Source of the DNA: Eledone cirrhosa
Taxonomy: Eukaryota
Length of the DNA: 64,000 nt
Reading direction: 5' to 3'
Assembly (NCBI GenBank): GCA_964016885.1
Contig: OZ024741.1
Coordinates: 216,566,001-216,630,000 of the forward strand
Shown in pieces: positions 51,031 through 64,000 of the stretch. The position numbers were made by a program, and so were the translations under genes. Under the pieces are notes generated by a model. That model saw only the letters and a program-made list of their open reading frames with translations. It made no database searches and was not told where the DNA came from. Within the stretch, counting starts at the first letter, position 1, and the number at the start of each line of letters is the position of its first letter.

Positions 51031-51430
51031 TTATATATATATATATATATATATATTGTCCACTACATGTCTCTTTTTTTTATGTTTCATTTTTGTTTAC
51101 TCTGTTTGAAACTCTTAGACTCCTTAACTGTCGATCACTTCTTCCGCCTTATTGTTCTTGTTCTATTCATGTTGTGTACTAAAACTATCCTTTAATAACA
51201 TTATGTTACGTCCCGAATATTAACCAATCATATTTCAGAAACTACAAACAAGATGACTGAGATGTTTTTTTTTTTGTGTGCAGGGGTAGTTTTTCTTTCG
51301 TTGGACAATGAAGTTATGACAAACCAGATGATTTGGCTAGGTTTTGAACTATATTGTAAATAACAATAATAATAACAATTATTATTATTGGCCAATAAAG
51401 AAATCATTATTATTATTATTATTATTATTT

Positions 51431-51609
51431 CTACTTTTTGGCACAAGGCCAGCAAAATACCCAGTGCATTACTGGTACTATTTTTTATCGACCCCGTAAG
51501 GATGAAAGGCAAAGTTAACCTCGGCAGGATTTGAACTCAGAATGGCAAGGGCCGTAACTCTATGCGTCAAAGCATGGCGTCCGACCCTCTACCGATACTG
51601 CCAATCCAC
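51431..51609 (-). mobile_element. tRNA-derived SINE family 1
   Basis: Full-length reverse complement between (ATT)n and (TAA)n runs. Confidence 0.85.
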
Positions 51610-51889
51610 TAATAATAATAATAATGCTTTCTTTATTGGCCACAAGGGCTGACACGAAGAAAAACATTAGGGACGGCACAGAACAGTACAGGACGATACA
51701 AAGTGGGTTTTGGTCGAGTAAACAGGTTATAACAAAATCGGGCTAGAAATCCAAAAAATTTCAAACAACAAAAATTAACCAAAAAGGGGGAAGCCTCCGA
51801 GGGTCACTCGTGGTGAAAACCTCACAAAAGATCACGGCCACCCTGACCATCAGGGCAAGCGCCCTCTCTCACTTTTCCCACTCCTCAGT

Positions 51890-54800
51890 CTACAGGCGTA
51901 TTATACTCAGAGCGGGCCCGTTCACTCGAACCAGACTCGCCACTTTCACCCACCTTTCAACAAACTTACTAGAAGACAGCACTTGCCTCTCCACCCTGAT
52001 TTTCCTCTTCAAGTGAAACTTGAAAAAGTTAATCAGGGATTGGCCGGAGAGGAAAGTGTTCGTCTTCAACCCTTTCAACCTTGTCCACCACACAATCTCT
52101 TTCGCCATGACCACCAGGCAGATGAAAACTTCCTGCCCTTCCTCCTTTTTAAAGGAGGATGGCGGGGCTCTCTGCACAAAGGACTCAGTCGATAACCGGA
52201 TCCATCCTACACGCGACAGCAGCTGTTCGACATAGCTCCACAAGTCAGCAATCCTCGGGCACTGAACGAGTGCGTACAGGACGGTTTCGTCGCCCTGCGC
52301 GCATCTCGGACAGGCTCGGCTGACAGCACCTCCGTGCCTGTAGAGCTTATCCTAAACCGGCAACGCTCCCCGGTAGCACTGCCAGCCAAGGATTTCTGGA
52401 AGTTGTCCATAGGCCCCGGTCTGAAAGTTCTCTTGAAGAGAACGAACAGCTGATCGGTTTCGACGCCCAGTGTCTCCCCGAGAACGTCGTCGCTCTTTTT
52501 CTCCACTAGCCCTCTATAGAACGCCGAGGTGGATGTTCCACCGATACTAGTGCCCAGCCGGTAGAGGGCGATGAACGCTTGGAGACATTCCAGCTTCTAA
52601 GCGCTATCCCTCGGTCTTTTCCTGATACAGGACTGCAGCTCCGTCAATGAGACGAGCTGGAGAAAAGCGCGTCTAGCAAACGGCAACCACACCTGTTCAC
52701 CGTCAAAGAAGCACCAGAGATGTCGCAGCCTTAGCGCATGTTTGCGCATCATCAACCACGGCATGCCTAGTCCTCCACGCAACGGGTGTTGACAGCAAAT
52801 GGATCGTCTGACCATGGGAGCACGTCCTTTCCACAAAAAGCGGAAGAGAAGGAGCTCCATTTTAGTCAGAGTTGGGCGGGGGGAAAGATACGACGGTCAG
52901 ACGGTAGCAGATGACGGACGCTATGTATGCAATCGCCACCTCTGCACGACCTTTGAGAGACAGCACCCTCTGGGCCTATTTCTGGGTGAGAGAGGCAACT
53001 CTGCTCGTCACCTCGCTCCAGTTTTTCTCCATCTGGAGGTCCGAACCGAACCAGACCCCGAGCAATTTAACCGGTCTTTCCGTCCAGCGCCCCACGACGC
53101 TGTCGGACGGCATGGACTTGCCTCTCCAGGTGCTGAGTTGTAATCCCACCGACTTTTCCTGGTTTATCTATGCTCCTGTCACCACTTCGTATTCCTTGAG
53201 AGCGGTGCCGAGCATCTGGACGTGTTTGGTGCTCGACACCAGTTCGCGTGGGACCCCCTTATCGTCTCCCGTTTGTATAGTAAAGGCTTACAAAAGGGAC
53301 GAGAGGGGGCAACTCTGGCGGACCGAGCGCATGATGCTGAAAGGCTGCGACAGGTGACCATTCACCCTCACAATCGAACAGATGTCGCTGTGCATCGCAG
53401 CGATCCAGCCCCTAAAAATGGGCCCGAAGCCGGCTGCCTCGAGGACCGCAGCCAGGTACTGATGGTCGACCCTATCAAATGCTTTAGATTGATCCAAGTT
53501 GATCAGGGCCCCACCCGTGCCAGATTCCTTAACCACCCTCTCTATGATGTATCGCATGAGATGGATCTGTCCAGATTGGCGTATGTCGGCGCCTCTCCCA
53601 CCAGATCACGGACGACAAGCGCCAATATCTTTGTTAACACCTTGGTCAAAATCTTAAACTCTCCGTTTAGCAGAGTTATGGGCCTGAAGTTATCTATGAC
53701 GTCCCCCTTGTTCGAGTCTTTTCAAAGCAGCCCCACCGCTCCCCGGCTCACAAAACTGGGAATACTCCCGTTCTGCTGCCAGTTGCAGTAGACAACTGCC
53801 AAGAGGTCCCTGAACAAGTCTGGCATATACGCATAAAGCTCGTAGAGCAGACCATCCAAACCTGGCGATCTACCCCCTGCGCAGTCAGACATCGCGCCCC
53901 GTATTTCACCTGCTGTTATCGGCTTTTCGCAGCACTGCGCTGCGGTCGTCGAGAGCCGCGGCAGTCCGTCGAGGTATGCACCGAAGTCCATACTCCGACC
54001 CGGCCCGCCGCCGCTCCCGAACAATTGAGCAAAGTGCTGTTGAAAAGCGGCACACATCTGCTCGGGTTCGAACAACATGCGCCCGTTTTGATCAGGCAAA
54101 GACCGAATTGTGGACCTGTTGCCACGTCGCGCCTCCACCACCCGGGCGCATTGAACGGCTTTTGTCCCCTCGTGTCTTAGATCACGCGTTCTAGCTCTGA
54201 CAACGCAGCCTTCATGCTTTGCGTTGAAGAATTGGTCGAGTGCCAATCTCGCCGCAAGCACGTCGGTTGCGATGCTTGTCCTAAACGCCTCTTCTAGATT
54301 TCTATCTCCCTCTCTACTTTATTTTCCTCTATCACTACTCCTTTGCTAAACCTTATCGATTCTACTCTAAAAGCCCTTTTCAGGGTAAACCACCACCTGT
54401 TGTTGACGTTCGCACCCGTCAACGCACGCTTAACTAATTCGCTAATCTGGTCTCTAAGCTTTGCGCGCCGAGAACGACGCGTTCAGCTTCCAGTAGCCAG
54501 GCCCTTGCCTATGGGGTCTATCTAAGTCACCTTCACAGATCACAAATTTGTGGTCCGTGTAATTGACTACTTTAAATTGTGGACAACCTACACTAGCCTT
54601 ATCTGTTTCCCTACAGAATACCCTATCTAAATACGATCTGGATGACCAGATGCGTTTTGCCCATGTCCACATTGGCACATTCGGATAATCCAGTCTATAC
54701 CTGTCAGACAGTTCAAAACGGCTGAGTAGGTTGTTGAGGCTTTTACACCCTCCTGCCCTGTCTACTAACCCCACATAATCCCAGCGTGCATCTAAGATAC

Positions 54801-55230
54801 CGTTCCAGTCGCCCACCAACACTACAGAGCGGGACGTTCCAACAATGGTCTCTAGACGTCTGAAGAAAGATGGCCGTCCTGCCCCTGTTGGGGCGTAGAC
54901 GGCTACTAGCCTGAAAGCATTGCCTTCGCTGCCGGTCACGTCCAGCACCACCGACTTACCTTCTGAGTCCAGGAAAATGGCCCGTATGGCGAGATCCAAG
55001 CCTCTCCGAAAAAGCACGGCAACCCCTCCCCCCGATCCTCGACGGCTGGGAGATGCGTATACATCGTAGCCGCCGAAGATCGGTGCGAAGGATCGTGCTT
55101 CGGAGACTCTGGTCTCGCTGATGGCCACCACATCTATGTTTAGTGACCTGAGGTCGTTGATCAGGTGACCCTGCTTCCAAGATGACTCCAGGCCACGTAC
55201 ATTTATACTGCCTATTCTAAGTACGGCCAT
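51890..55230 (-). pseudogene. Family C ORF2 (APE-RT), frameshifts and deletion around YADD
   Basis: INVRGL, SET, GDWN, SYLDRV, TDH, GPGYWKLN, LDQSKAFDRV, KEIVWWTRLKGL. Confidence 0.9.
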
Positions 55231-55261
55231 GTTGGATGAGAAACGGGGCAAGTGAGAAAGG

Positions 55262-57167
55262 GTCACTTACCTTGATCGTGTGGTGAAGGGACAGTAGAAC
55301 CGTCCCTTTTGCTGGTCATGGGTATTTCCAAGAGGATGTCAGTGTATATCCTCTTGGTAACCGACCCTCTGAAGTTTCCAACTGCGTTGGGGAATTTTTG
55401 CTTTAAAAGTTTGTAACGTTCTATTGAGATTTCAATGATGTTTATGTTTGTCGGGAGAGTTCTTGGTGTTGGTGGGGTGTAGTAGTGTTTTTCTTTTTGT
55501 GATGTCTGTGTGATGCTTTATATGTTGCAAGAGTTCTTTCTTTATTTGTCATATCTATGGCTGCGTACTTTATTTTTTTTTTTTGGGGGGGGGGGGCGAT
55601 TTTGTTGCTGTTTTCTTCTTGTTGCTGTTGGGTGTGTGTGTTTTGTTGTGTTTGCGATGTTGGTGTTTTGGTCATGCTGGTGGTGGTGTGGTTGTTGTTG
55701 GTGTGGATGCTTGTGGTGCTGATGTGTGATGGTGGTGGTGTTGCTGCAAGTCTCCTTGCAGCCTTTACCCCTCTTTGTCTGCCTTCGCTTTGGAGGGTGA
55801 AGCTAAGGGTTTTTTCTTTTTTCTTTTTTTTGTGGCAGACCGTTTGCCACTTCCCTCCCGCCTCATACTCCATGTCAGAATCCGTGGCGTCTGGGAGGGG
55901 TATGAGCTCCACTGCTGTTCGTGGTGGTAGTGGAGCCTGCTCCGGCGATTTTACCGCCGGCGTAGCTACTGCGACTGTTGGTGTTGCCGCCACTGTTGCC
56001 GCTGTTTTAGTTGTCCGTGGACTTGGTATGGGTGCCACGGACGTTGCACTCCTAGTCACCGTGGAAGGGTCTCCTGCCTCTGTTACCTGCCCTGCTCTTG
56101 GTAGCAGCGAATCAGGCGTCAGAAGGAGGGGGCCCTCTTCTTAGATGTCTTCTGTGGGCAGCAGGCCCTGAGGTGACCCTTCTGCCCACAGAGATAGCAC
56201 TTTGGGTGCCTTCCTTCCACGCTTATAGGGAGATGGAGCCCTTCTTCGAGGTCTATGAGGTCTGGGATGGCCTCGATGCACTCCTGATCAATCTGTATTA
56301 GCATTTGCATGCCTATTCCTGACCAGTTCTCTCTTCCCATTCTCTGTATTTCCAGTATGTTGTCTTCTCCTCGATTCCAGCCAGTATAGATGCGGCCAGC
56401 TAAGGTATGGGCACGTCGGACGGGACCTGGGTCACTTTGACCCTCACAATTTTCTGTCCGCAGTAGGAGGGCACCAAGACTATCTCCTCACTCTTTAGGG
56501 TTTCCAAAGAGTGAGACTTCGCCTCTCTTGGGGGATGGCGAAAAGTACGTCTACTCTGGCGTACTTTTTGCCTCGGGTGATGTGGGTTTTGCGCGCCCAG
56601 ACGCACCCCAAGGCCTTTTGGATTTGAGCCTCCGCGGCTCTCTCCAGCCGATGTGACATTTTGCTTACGGTGCGGTACGTCACCGTGTGCAGCTGCTGGT
56701 CTTTGAAGAAATCGGGTGGAGGTTTCAGGGAGATTCTATTTTCATTCCTTGTCACCATGGCTCTTGCGACTGCCATCTCCTCCTCCGTGGCTAGCACTGT
56801 CTCTATATTTCGGGCCACACCTGCGAAAGAAGTTGCCCCTTTTTCAGCGGCACCATTATTGCTGCCGCTACTGGTCTTGTTATTGGTTCTGTTGCTGTTG
56901 CTACTGCTACAAACGGTGTTGTTGGTGTTGTTGCTGTTATCACTGTTGTAGTTGGTTGTGTTTTTGGTGCCACCGTTGTTGTTGTTTTCGGTGCAATTTG
57001 TTGCTGTTGGTGTTGTCTTTGTTTATTTTCTTGTTAGTGGTGTTAATAGCGTTGTTGCATTTGTTGTCATTTTTTTCTGTTGTCTGTATTTTGGTTGACG
57101 CTGTTGTTGTTGTAGTTGGTGTGGTAATGTTTCCAAAATTAGTGTTCTCAGTGTTGTATTTGTTCAC
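55262..57167 (-). pseudogene. Family C ORF1, disrupted
   Basis: TVTYRTVSK, VEGRHPKCYLCGQKGHLRACC, C-terminal IEISIERYKLLKQKFPNAVG matching family A IKIPMNLYQKLKKDFKEDVG. Confidence 0.8.
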
Positions 57168-57507
57168 ATTGTTTGTGGTGGTGTCTGTTGTATGAATTTC
57201 ACTAACACTCCTCTCAACTTTTACGCCGTTGTCACACGAAAGCAGACATATTGCTGTGTGTGTGGAGGGGGCTGTTCAGTCATTCTTTTTTGTTTTTTTT
57301 TCAAAAGGAAATTGTTCAAATATTGTTCAAATAATTGGGCCAAAAGGCCCAAATATTATACTTTCCCCTTCACAGGGCAAAGTCTAAGGGCTTATATCCC
57401 TTACACAACAAGAAATATTTAACAACAAATAATTTTAACTGGCAAATAAAGCGACTTACTGGGAGCGAGCAAAAAAGTTGTCCAAACAAACCACTAATAA
57501 TAATAAT

Positions 57508-57873
57508 GTTTTCTTTATTGGTCACAAGGGCTAACATAAAGAAAAACATTACAGACGGCACAGAATGGTAGAGGACGATACAAAATGGGTTTTGGTCGTG
57601 TAAAAAGGTTATAACAAGACAGAAACGTGTAAAAACAAATTTAAAAAATTTCAAACCACAAAAATTAGCCAAAAAGGGGGAAGCCTCCGAGGGTCACTCG
57701 TGACGAAAACCACACAAAAGACCACGATCACCCTGACCACCAGGGCAAGCGCCCTCTCCCAGTTTTCCCACTCCTCAGACTACAGGTGCATACTCGGACC
57801 AGACTCGCCACTTTCAACCACCTTTCAACAAACTTACTAGAAGACAGCACTTGCCTCTCCACCCTGATTTTCC
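57508..57873 (-). mobile_element. Family C 3' fragment stacked upstream of the full copy
   Basis: RKIRVERQVLSSSKFVERW plus a UTR similar to 51626-52005; (TAA)n on both sides. Confidence 0.88.
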
Positions 57874-57914
<41 letters not shown>

Positions 57915-57916
<2 letters not shown>

Positions 57917-58230
57917 TGTTTCTACTTTTGGCACAAGGCCAGCAATTATTCCAGTACATTACTGGTACTTTATTTTATCGACCCCCATAAGGGATTTGAA
58001 CTCAGACTATAAAGAAGAAGAATAATAACATTAATAGTAATAATAATAGTTTCTACTTTTGGCACAAGGCCAGTAATTATTCCAGTACATTACTGGTACT
58101 TTATTTTATCTACCTCGTAAGGATGAAAGCAAAGTCAACCTCAGCGGGATTTGAACTCAGACCGTAAAGGGACGTAACTATGCTGGAAAGCATGGCGTCC
58201 GACTCTCTACTGATACTGCCAATCCACCGC
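57915..58230 (-). mobile_element. Two SINE family 1 copies in (TAA)n
   Basis: One internally deleted (57915-58010), one full (58049-58230). Confidence 0.8.
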
Positions 58231-59954
58231 TTTTTATTAATAGTAATAATAATAATATAGGATCTATCATCATTGGTTATGATTTGCACTTTTGGTATAG
58301 TGTCGGTATATCTCCTAGAGCAAAAACGCTACGAATAACAACAATAACTATTATAATTTCCAAGCTTTGTACTAGTTAAACCGGACTTGTTCGACAAAGC
58401 CGCGTTATTCTATACTCGACTATATTTAGAAAAATATATTAAATCATGTTTTATAAACCCATCTATGCGTGAAACTTTAGTAATCACGTATTGACTAACG
58501 AAAGTTCATTCATGTCATTATAGTATAATAGTTATAAATACGTCATTATGGTATAGGATGGTCCCCTAACATATGATAAAATCGTTGGGGCGCCTTAGTG
58601 GCATATGGTGCTTCTATGGCATTTTAAAACCTTGTATGACCACTGTAGATTTCTTCAAGGGAAAGATAGAACGCGGCAAAATTAGACGCCTGCATAACAC
58701 AACACCATCGCAAGCCACAAATTATGTGGAGGAAGTACACAATATATGGTATATCAATTAAGCAAGCAAAGTCCCATAATTCCCGAGGAAGTATTAGGAG
58801 TCCCATATTGACATAGAGCGTTTCTAGGGCATTTTAAATCCTCGAGGAGCCTATCTTTTCTCCAGGTCTGACCACAGCAGTTTTCTTCAAGGGAAGGATA
58901 GAAAGTGAGAGAGGGGAGGAATATACAGAGAAAGAATCAACCCCAGTACTAGACTGGTACTTTTTTATCGACCTTGAAGGGATGAAAGGCAAAATTGCCC
59001 TCGGTAGGATTTGAACTCAGAAAATACCACAAAGCATTCTGTCTGACGTTCTTACGACTCTGCCAATTTGTCGTCGATATATTTATTATCTTTGTTGTTG
59101 TTGTTGTTGTTGTTGTTACAGCTCACACCTATGCAGGTTTAGCTGGCCTCCTCCAAGGTAGATCTCGTTGGAGGTGTCTTGGGTGATTTAATGATAGGGA
59201 CTCCAGCCCTATCATCTCATTTCTACAGCTGAGTAAACTGGAGCAACCCGGTCCGAGAATTGAACTCACAACCTTTCGATTGCAAGCCCAATGTTCTAAC
59301 CACTAAGCCATGCACCTTCACATTTATTATCTTACGCGTGGGTAATCGGCTCACAGGTGACACTTTAGTTCACGTTGTTCCAGTTCACTCAGCGAATTTC
59401 AAAATTAGCAAAAGGGGACATCAAGGAGTTAGCTCTGCATCTGACTGTTTGCTAACCTGTCAAGCGGAGGTAGGGACATTTCTGTTCTCTCAGTCACTTA
59501 ATTCTCTTGGCGGCGGGATTTTGACTTTAGGCAAAAGGACAATACTTGTGGTGGGGAGAAGAATAGTCTATTAAATCAACACCAACACTTATCTGATTCT
59601 TTATTATATCGATCACGAAAGAATGAAAACTAAAGTTGACCTCGGTGAGATTTGAATTCAGAATGTAGAACGTAGAAAGTCGTAAATCAATATCACAGCA
59701 TTTTCTTCCCGACGCTCGATAAAATAAAGTACCAATCATATATTGGTGCCGATATACTCGACATTCCCATCCCCACAAATTTCACCCCTTGTGCCAAAAT
59801 GATAAACGATTGTTATTTTTATATTTGATGGTGTGACTACAGGGTGGTGGGTGATTGGCAGAATCATTAGAACATAACTATCTTCCCGTTGCGTGGTGGT
59901 AACCCCTCATCTTAACTATCTTCCCGTTGCGTGGTGGTAACCCCCTCATCTAAG

Positions 59955-60265
59955 ATGCCATTGCAGCAACACACAATCTCTAGTGGCAATCTGGTGTAAT
60001 CTGCGACTAACCCAGGCTCTGCTGCACTTCGGGCTGAAGAGAGGAAACTCTCCAAATATCGGTCGCTCTCCAACAGGTTTGTGGTCGAGCTCGTAGCTGT
60101 AGAGACTTCTGGTGTCCATGGCTCTAAGACCACCTCCCTACTCACCACCATCGGCATACAGTTGGTTATCCTCAAGTGTGAGCCTCGCGAGCTGGAATGG
60201 CTCTTCCAGTGCGTCTCCCTCACCAAAATCCGGGGAAACTCCTTCTCTATTTTGTCCGCCGGGGC
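59955..60265 (+). pseudogene. C-terminal restriction-like endonuclease region of a CRE-like non-LTR element
   Basis: GSAALRAEERKLSKYRSL..FVVELVAVETSGVHG...WLFQCVSLTKIRGN resembles the A.E..K..KY / P.A.ET.G / QR.S..IQRGN tail of CRE-type proteins. Confidence 0.65.
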
Positions 60266-61400
60266 CGCAGGGCAGCCAGCGCGTGAGTCCCCATCTGCTC
60301 ATAATAGTGAGAGATGGGGAAATCAGGAGAGACGAAGGCAATGACAGTGGAGGTCTGGTTCCATTCAGTTCGGAACTGGTGTATATGTATATATTTATTT
60401 ACCACAATACAGTAATAGAGATATGTTAAGTATAGGGGTTCGATATAATCAACTTTCCCCTTCTACCAATTTCTACTACTGTTAGAAATAAGGGCAGTGG
60501 TTTGGCAGAATAATTACGACATCGGACAATATACTTTCTGGCATTTAGTTAAGGCTTTAGACGTTCTGAGTTCGAATCAAGCCGAGATCAGCTTTACTTT
60601 TAAATAACAGAGGTCGGTTTAATTGACCCTCCCCCCACTCAAAAAATAACTGACTTTGTGTCTAAATTAGAATTTCTCTATATTGTTTTGACTACCCGTT
60701 TACTTATTAAACAATTGAGCACTCTCATGGCTGTTACTCAGTTCTGGTTCAAAAGCGTACAAACATTTCACAGAGTTAATCAAAAGAGAAAAAAAACGTC
60801 TCAACACTTGGAATATATTACAAGAACAACGAACAACGCGAAAAAAAAGCACCAATAAAACCACGTGAAATACTTAAGTTATGTAAATAAACAAAACCTT
60901 GAGAGCACTTAGCATATGAAAACAACAAGAGCAACAACAACCACTACAATATAATGAAGCACACTTTAAAAATAAACGTTGTAGGAGCATGTACTTTGTC
61001 TTTCAACCTTTTAACCCCACCCCAGGATATTTGAAAAGCTTTTATAATTTTTTTAATTATTATTTTGTCTATTTTTTATTATTTCTGTGTGTTTTACTGT
61101 ACGTTTCCTATTTCTGGGAGATCGATAAATTAAAGTACCAGTCAAGTTCTGGTGTCGATTTAATCGACTTTTTGACTCTGCCTCAGAAGTACTGGTTGTT
61201 ATTGTGGTTGTTAGTGGTATATATATATATATAGTGATATATATATATATATATCATTCATTCATTCAATTGCTTATTCCCGCTCTGCTTAAACTATACG
61301 CTAAATATTAACTTCCTCTAATATTTAACTCTGCTAACCCAAGCATTGAGCACACCACGCTTCGGCTATTACTTCCTCCTCTCTTACGATACTTATACCC

Positions 61401-61488
<88 letters not shown>

Positions 61489-61703
61489 AGCGCCGCGGTC
61501 GAGATTTTACATATCCCTACCCACTCTGCATCTCTCCATGATTAGTGGTTTCCCCGGTCTCAGTACCGCAGACCCCCCCTCTCTCTCTCTCTCTCTCTGT
61601 ATGTATATATATATATATAAGTTTATCCCGGGTTCAATCCGGGGGTAACCACAGTAAGTAAGGTACTCAATACAAAGCAGAGTATAAATATTTAATATAG
61701 AAA

Positions 61704-61807
61704 GGCTTCTGCAAGACTAGAACTGTTTCATTCGGGAGAAATTATCAGGAATCATCAGTTTCCTGATAACTTCTCCCGAATGAAACAGTTCTAGTCCTGT
61801 AGAAGCC
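61704..61807. repeat. Fold-back of two head-to-head hammerhead-derived units (10392 family; core CTGATAA)
   Basis: TTCCTGATAA.TTCTCCCGAATGAAACAGTTCTAGTC.TG.AGAAGCC on both strands. Confidence 0.75.
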
Positions 61808-62169
61808 ATTTCTATACTCAGGAGGTTCCTTGCAATCGGAATGACTTGATAGCATGTAGCATGATTTCATTAAAATAGGAGGGACGAGATGGCACTGTAT
61901 AAGTGATATATAGATAGCTTCCGGTAAGAAAAAATAAAAGAAATCAAAAGCGTTTCCGCTCAAGAAGGCTCTTCCACTTAAAGCTTGTGAATAAATAAAC
62001 AATACACGTTGATTTCCTGCCATAGGTGAATACCTGGGATATTTTGTGTTATTTTAATTAATATTATAGTTAATTAGGTCAAAGGGTGGGGGATCGGTAT
62101 AATCGTTATTACGTCAGTTAAAATGCGTTGGGGAATTTGTTCAGGTTCTTAACGATCTGGGTTATAATA

Positions 62170-63274
62170 CCGCCCAGGTCAACTTTGCCTTTCATCCTTT
62201 CGGGGTCGATAAAATAAAGTACCACTTAAGTACTGAAGAGGATATAATTGACTTACCGCTACCCGAAATAATGGTTTCTGAATAGGCACAAGGCCAGCAA
62301 TTTTGGGAGAGGGGAAAGTCTATTAAATCGACCCCAGTGCTTTACTGGTATTTTATTTAATCGACCCCGTAAAGATGGAAGGCAAAGCTAACCTAGGCTA
62401 GATTTGAACTCAGAACGTAAAGGGCCGTAACTCTATGATGCAAAGCATACTGCTAATCCCCGAAATAATAACAGGTTTTGGCTTATGTTATATTGAAATA
62501 TTAATTATGTCAAAAGGGCGGTGGATTGGCAGTATCGGTAGAGGGTCGGACGCCATGTTTTGACGCATAGAGTTACGGCCCTTGCCATTCTGCGTTCAAA
62601 TCCCGCCGAGGTTAACTTTTCCTTTCATCCTTACGGGGTCGATAAAATAAAGTACCAGTAATGAACTGGTGAATTGCTGGCCTTGTGCCAAAAGTAGAAA
62701 CAATTAATTATGTCAGAAGAGCTATTTGGTTGAATAATTCGAGTGTTGGATAAAATACTTTGTGGTATTTAGCTACAGTTCTTTACGCTCTGTGTGCAAA
62801 CCTCGCCGAGGTTAATTTTGACTTCTACATTTCCGGGATCGACAAAAAGAAGTATTGGGATCGATATAATCGACTTTCCTCTCCCGCCAAAAAATATTTG
62901 TTGTTTTGTACCTATGCTAGAAGCCATTATTTATAAAGTCATATGGCGGTGAATTGGCAGTATCGGTAGCGGGTTGGATGCCATGCTTTCTAGCATAGTT
63001 ACGTCCCTTTACAATGTGAGTTCAAATCCTGCCGAGGTTAACTTTGCCTTCCATCCTTACGGGGTCGATAAAATAAAGTACCAGTAATGTACTGGGTAAT
63101 TGCTGGCCTTGTGCCTAAAGTAGAAACAATTATTTATAAAGTCATAAAAGGATAAATGTGAGAGAGCACTTCATGGTCAGGGTCACTATGTACTTTAGGA
63201 GTAACTTTATTATCTCTATATGGAGATGCATCATTTCTTCTTCTTCTTCTTCTTCTTCTTCTTTTTCCTTATAA

Positions 63275-63312
<38 letters not shown>

Positions 63313-63418
63313 TTTGAGTCTCAGTCATTGATGTTAGTTAACTGGAAAGTTTGTTGAAATAAATATCAAGCCACTACCTGCAGCCTCAGATATTCAGGAC
63401 GTATCGGAGGGTTCTTGC

Positions 63419-63471
<53 letters not shown>

Positions 63472-63900
63472 GGCGGTGGATTGGCAGTATCGGTAGAGGG
63501 TCTGACGCCATGCTTTGCAGCAAAGAGTTACGACCTTTTATGGTCTGAGTTCAAATCCCGCCGAGGTTAACTTTGCCTTTCATCCTTACGGGGTCGATAA
63601 AATAAAGTACCAGTCACGCACTGGGGTCGATTTAAATTGCTGGCCTTGTTCCTATATAAGAAATCATTATAATTATTGAGGGTGGTGAATTGGCAGAATC
63701 GTTAGAGCATCGGATAAAATGTTTTGCCGTATTTGCTTCAACTATTTATGTTCTGGGTTCAGATCCCAACATAGTCAACTTTACCTTTTATCCTTCCAGG
63801 GTCGATAAAGTAAGGTACTAGTAGTAGACTGGGGTTAATTTAATCAACTGTCCCTTTCCCTTCAAATTGCTGGCCTTGTATCAAAATGTAAAAACAATTA
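62170..63900. mobile_element. Dense cluster of about 7 SINE family 1 copies of different ages, interleaved with (ATT)n
   Basis: Copies at about 62172-62270 +, 62283-62460 -, 62517-62705 +, 62725-62930 +, 62945-63133 +, 63472-63665 + and 63680-63900 +. Confidence 0.85.
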
Positions 63901-64000
63901 TATCAACGTTAGCTTCGTTGATAAGCAATCTTGATAGTTACGTAAGTTCTTAAGGTGCAAGTTCGTAAGAATTTCACTCAGAAATATCCTGAAAAACTTG

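Larger units (their letters stand above)
51626..57490 (-). mobile_element. Tx1-like LINE family C, full length but decayed, inserted in (TAA)n with ~17-bp target-site duplication
   Basis: CCACTAATAATAATAAT at 51606 and 57491; fragmented ORF1 and ORF2. Confidence 0.88.

Noticed and set aside
59875-59952. 39-bp tandem duplication before the CRE-like fragment
   Set aside because: Only two units; consistent with local slippage or a 5' junction artefact, with no further structure.

Overview
AT-rich, microsatellite-saturated animal genomic DNA. The repeat content suggests a cephalopod such as Octopus (inference). No host gene can be called with confidence; almost everything is transposon-derived. 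(1) Tx1/L1-clade non-LTR retrotransposons of at least three families: three near full-length copies plus 5'-truncated pieces, stacked head-to-tail in (GATA)n arrays (families A and B) or (TAA)n arrays (family C). One copy has an intact 1145-aa ORF2, and a near-identical inverted copy has an intact ORF1. All three families keep a splice-donor-like motif over the ORF1 stop codon. (2) Many Penelope-like (RT + GIY-YIG) relics and pseudo-LTRs in (TA)n, often as fold-back inverted repeats, carrying about 8 recognisable and several decayed type I hammerhead ribozyme motifs. These include a U3-A8 core variant and a form with a large stem II insertion. (3) Two tRNA-derived SINE families, RTE and CRE-like fragments, Helitron ends and a Tc1/pogo-type MITE. 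All calls were made by eye, and element boundaries are approximate unless a target-site duplication is given.
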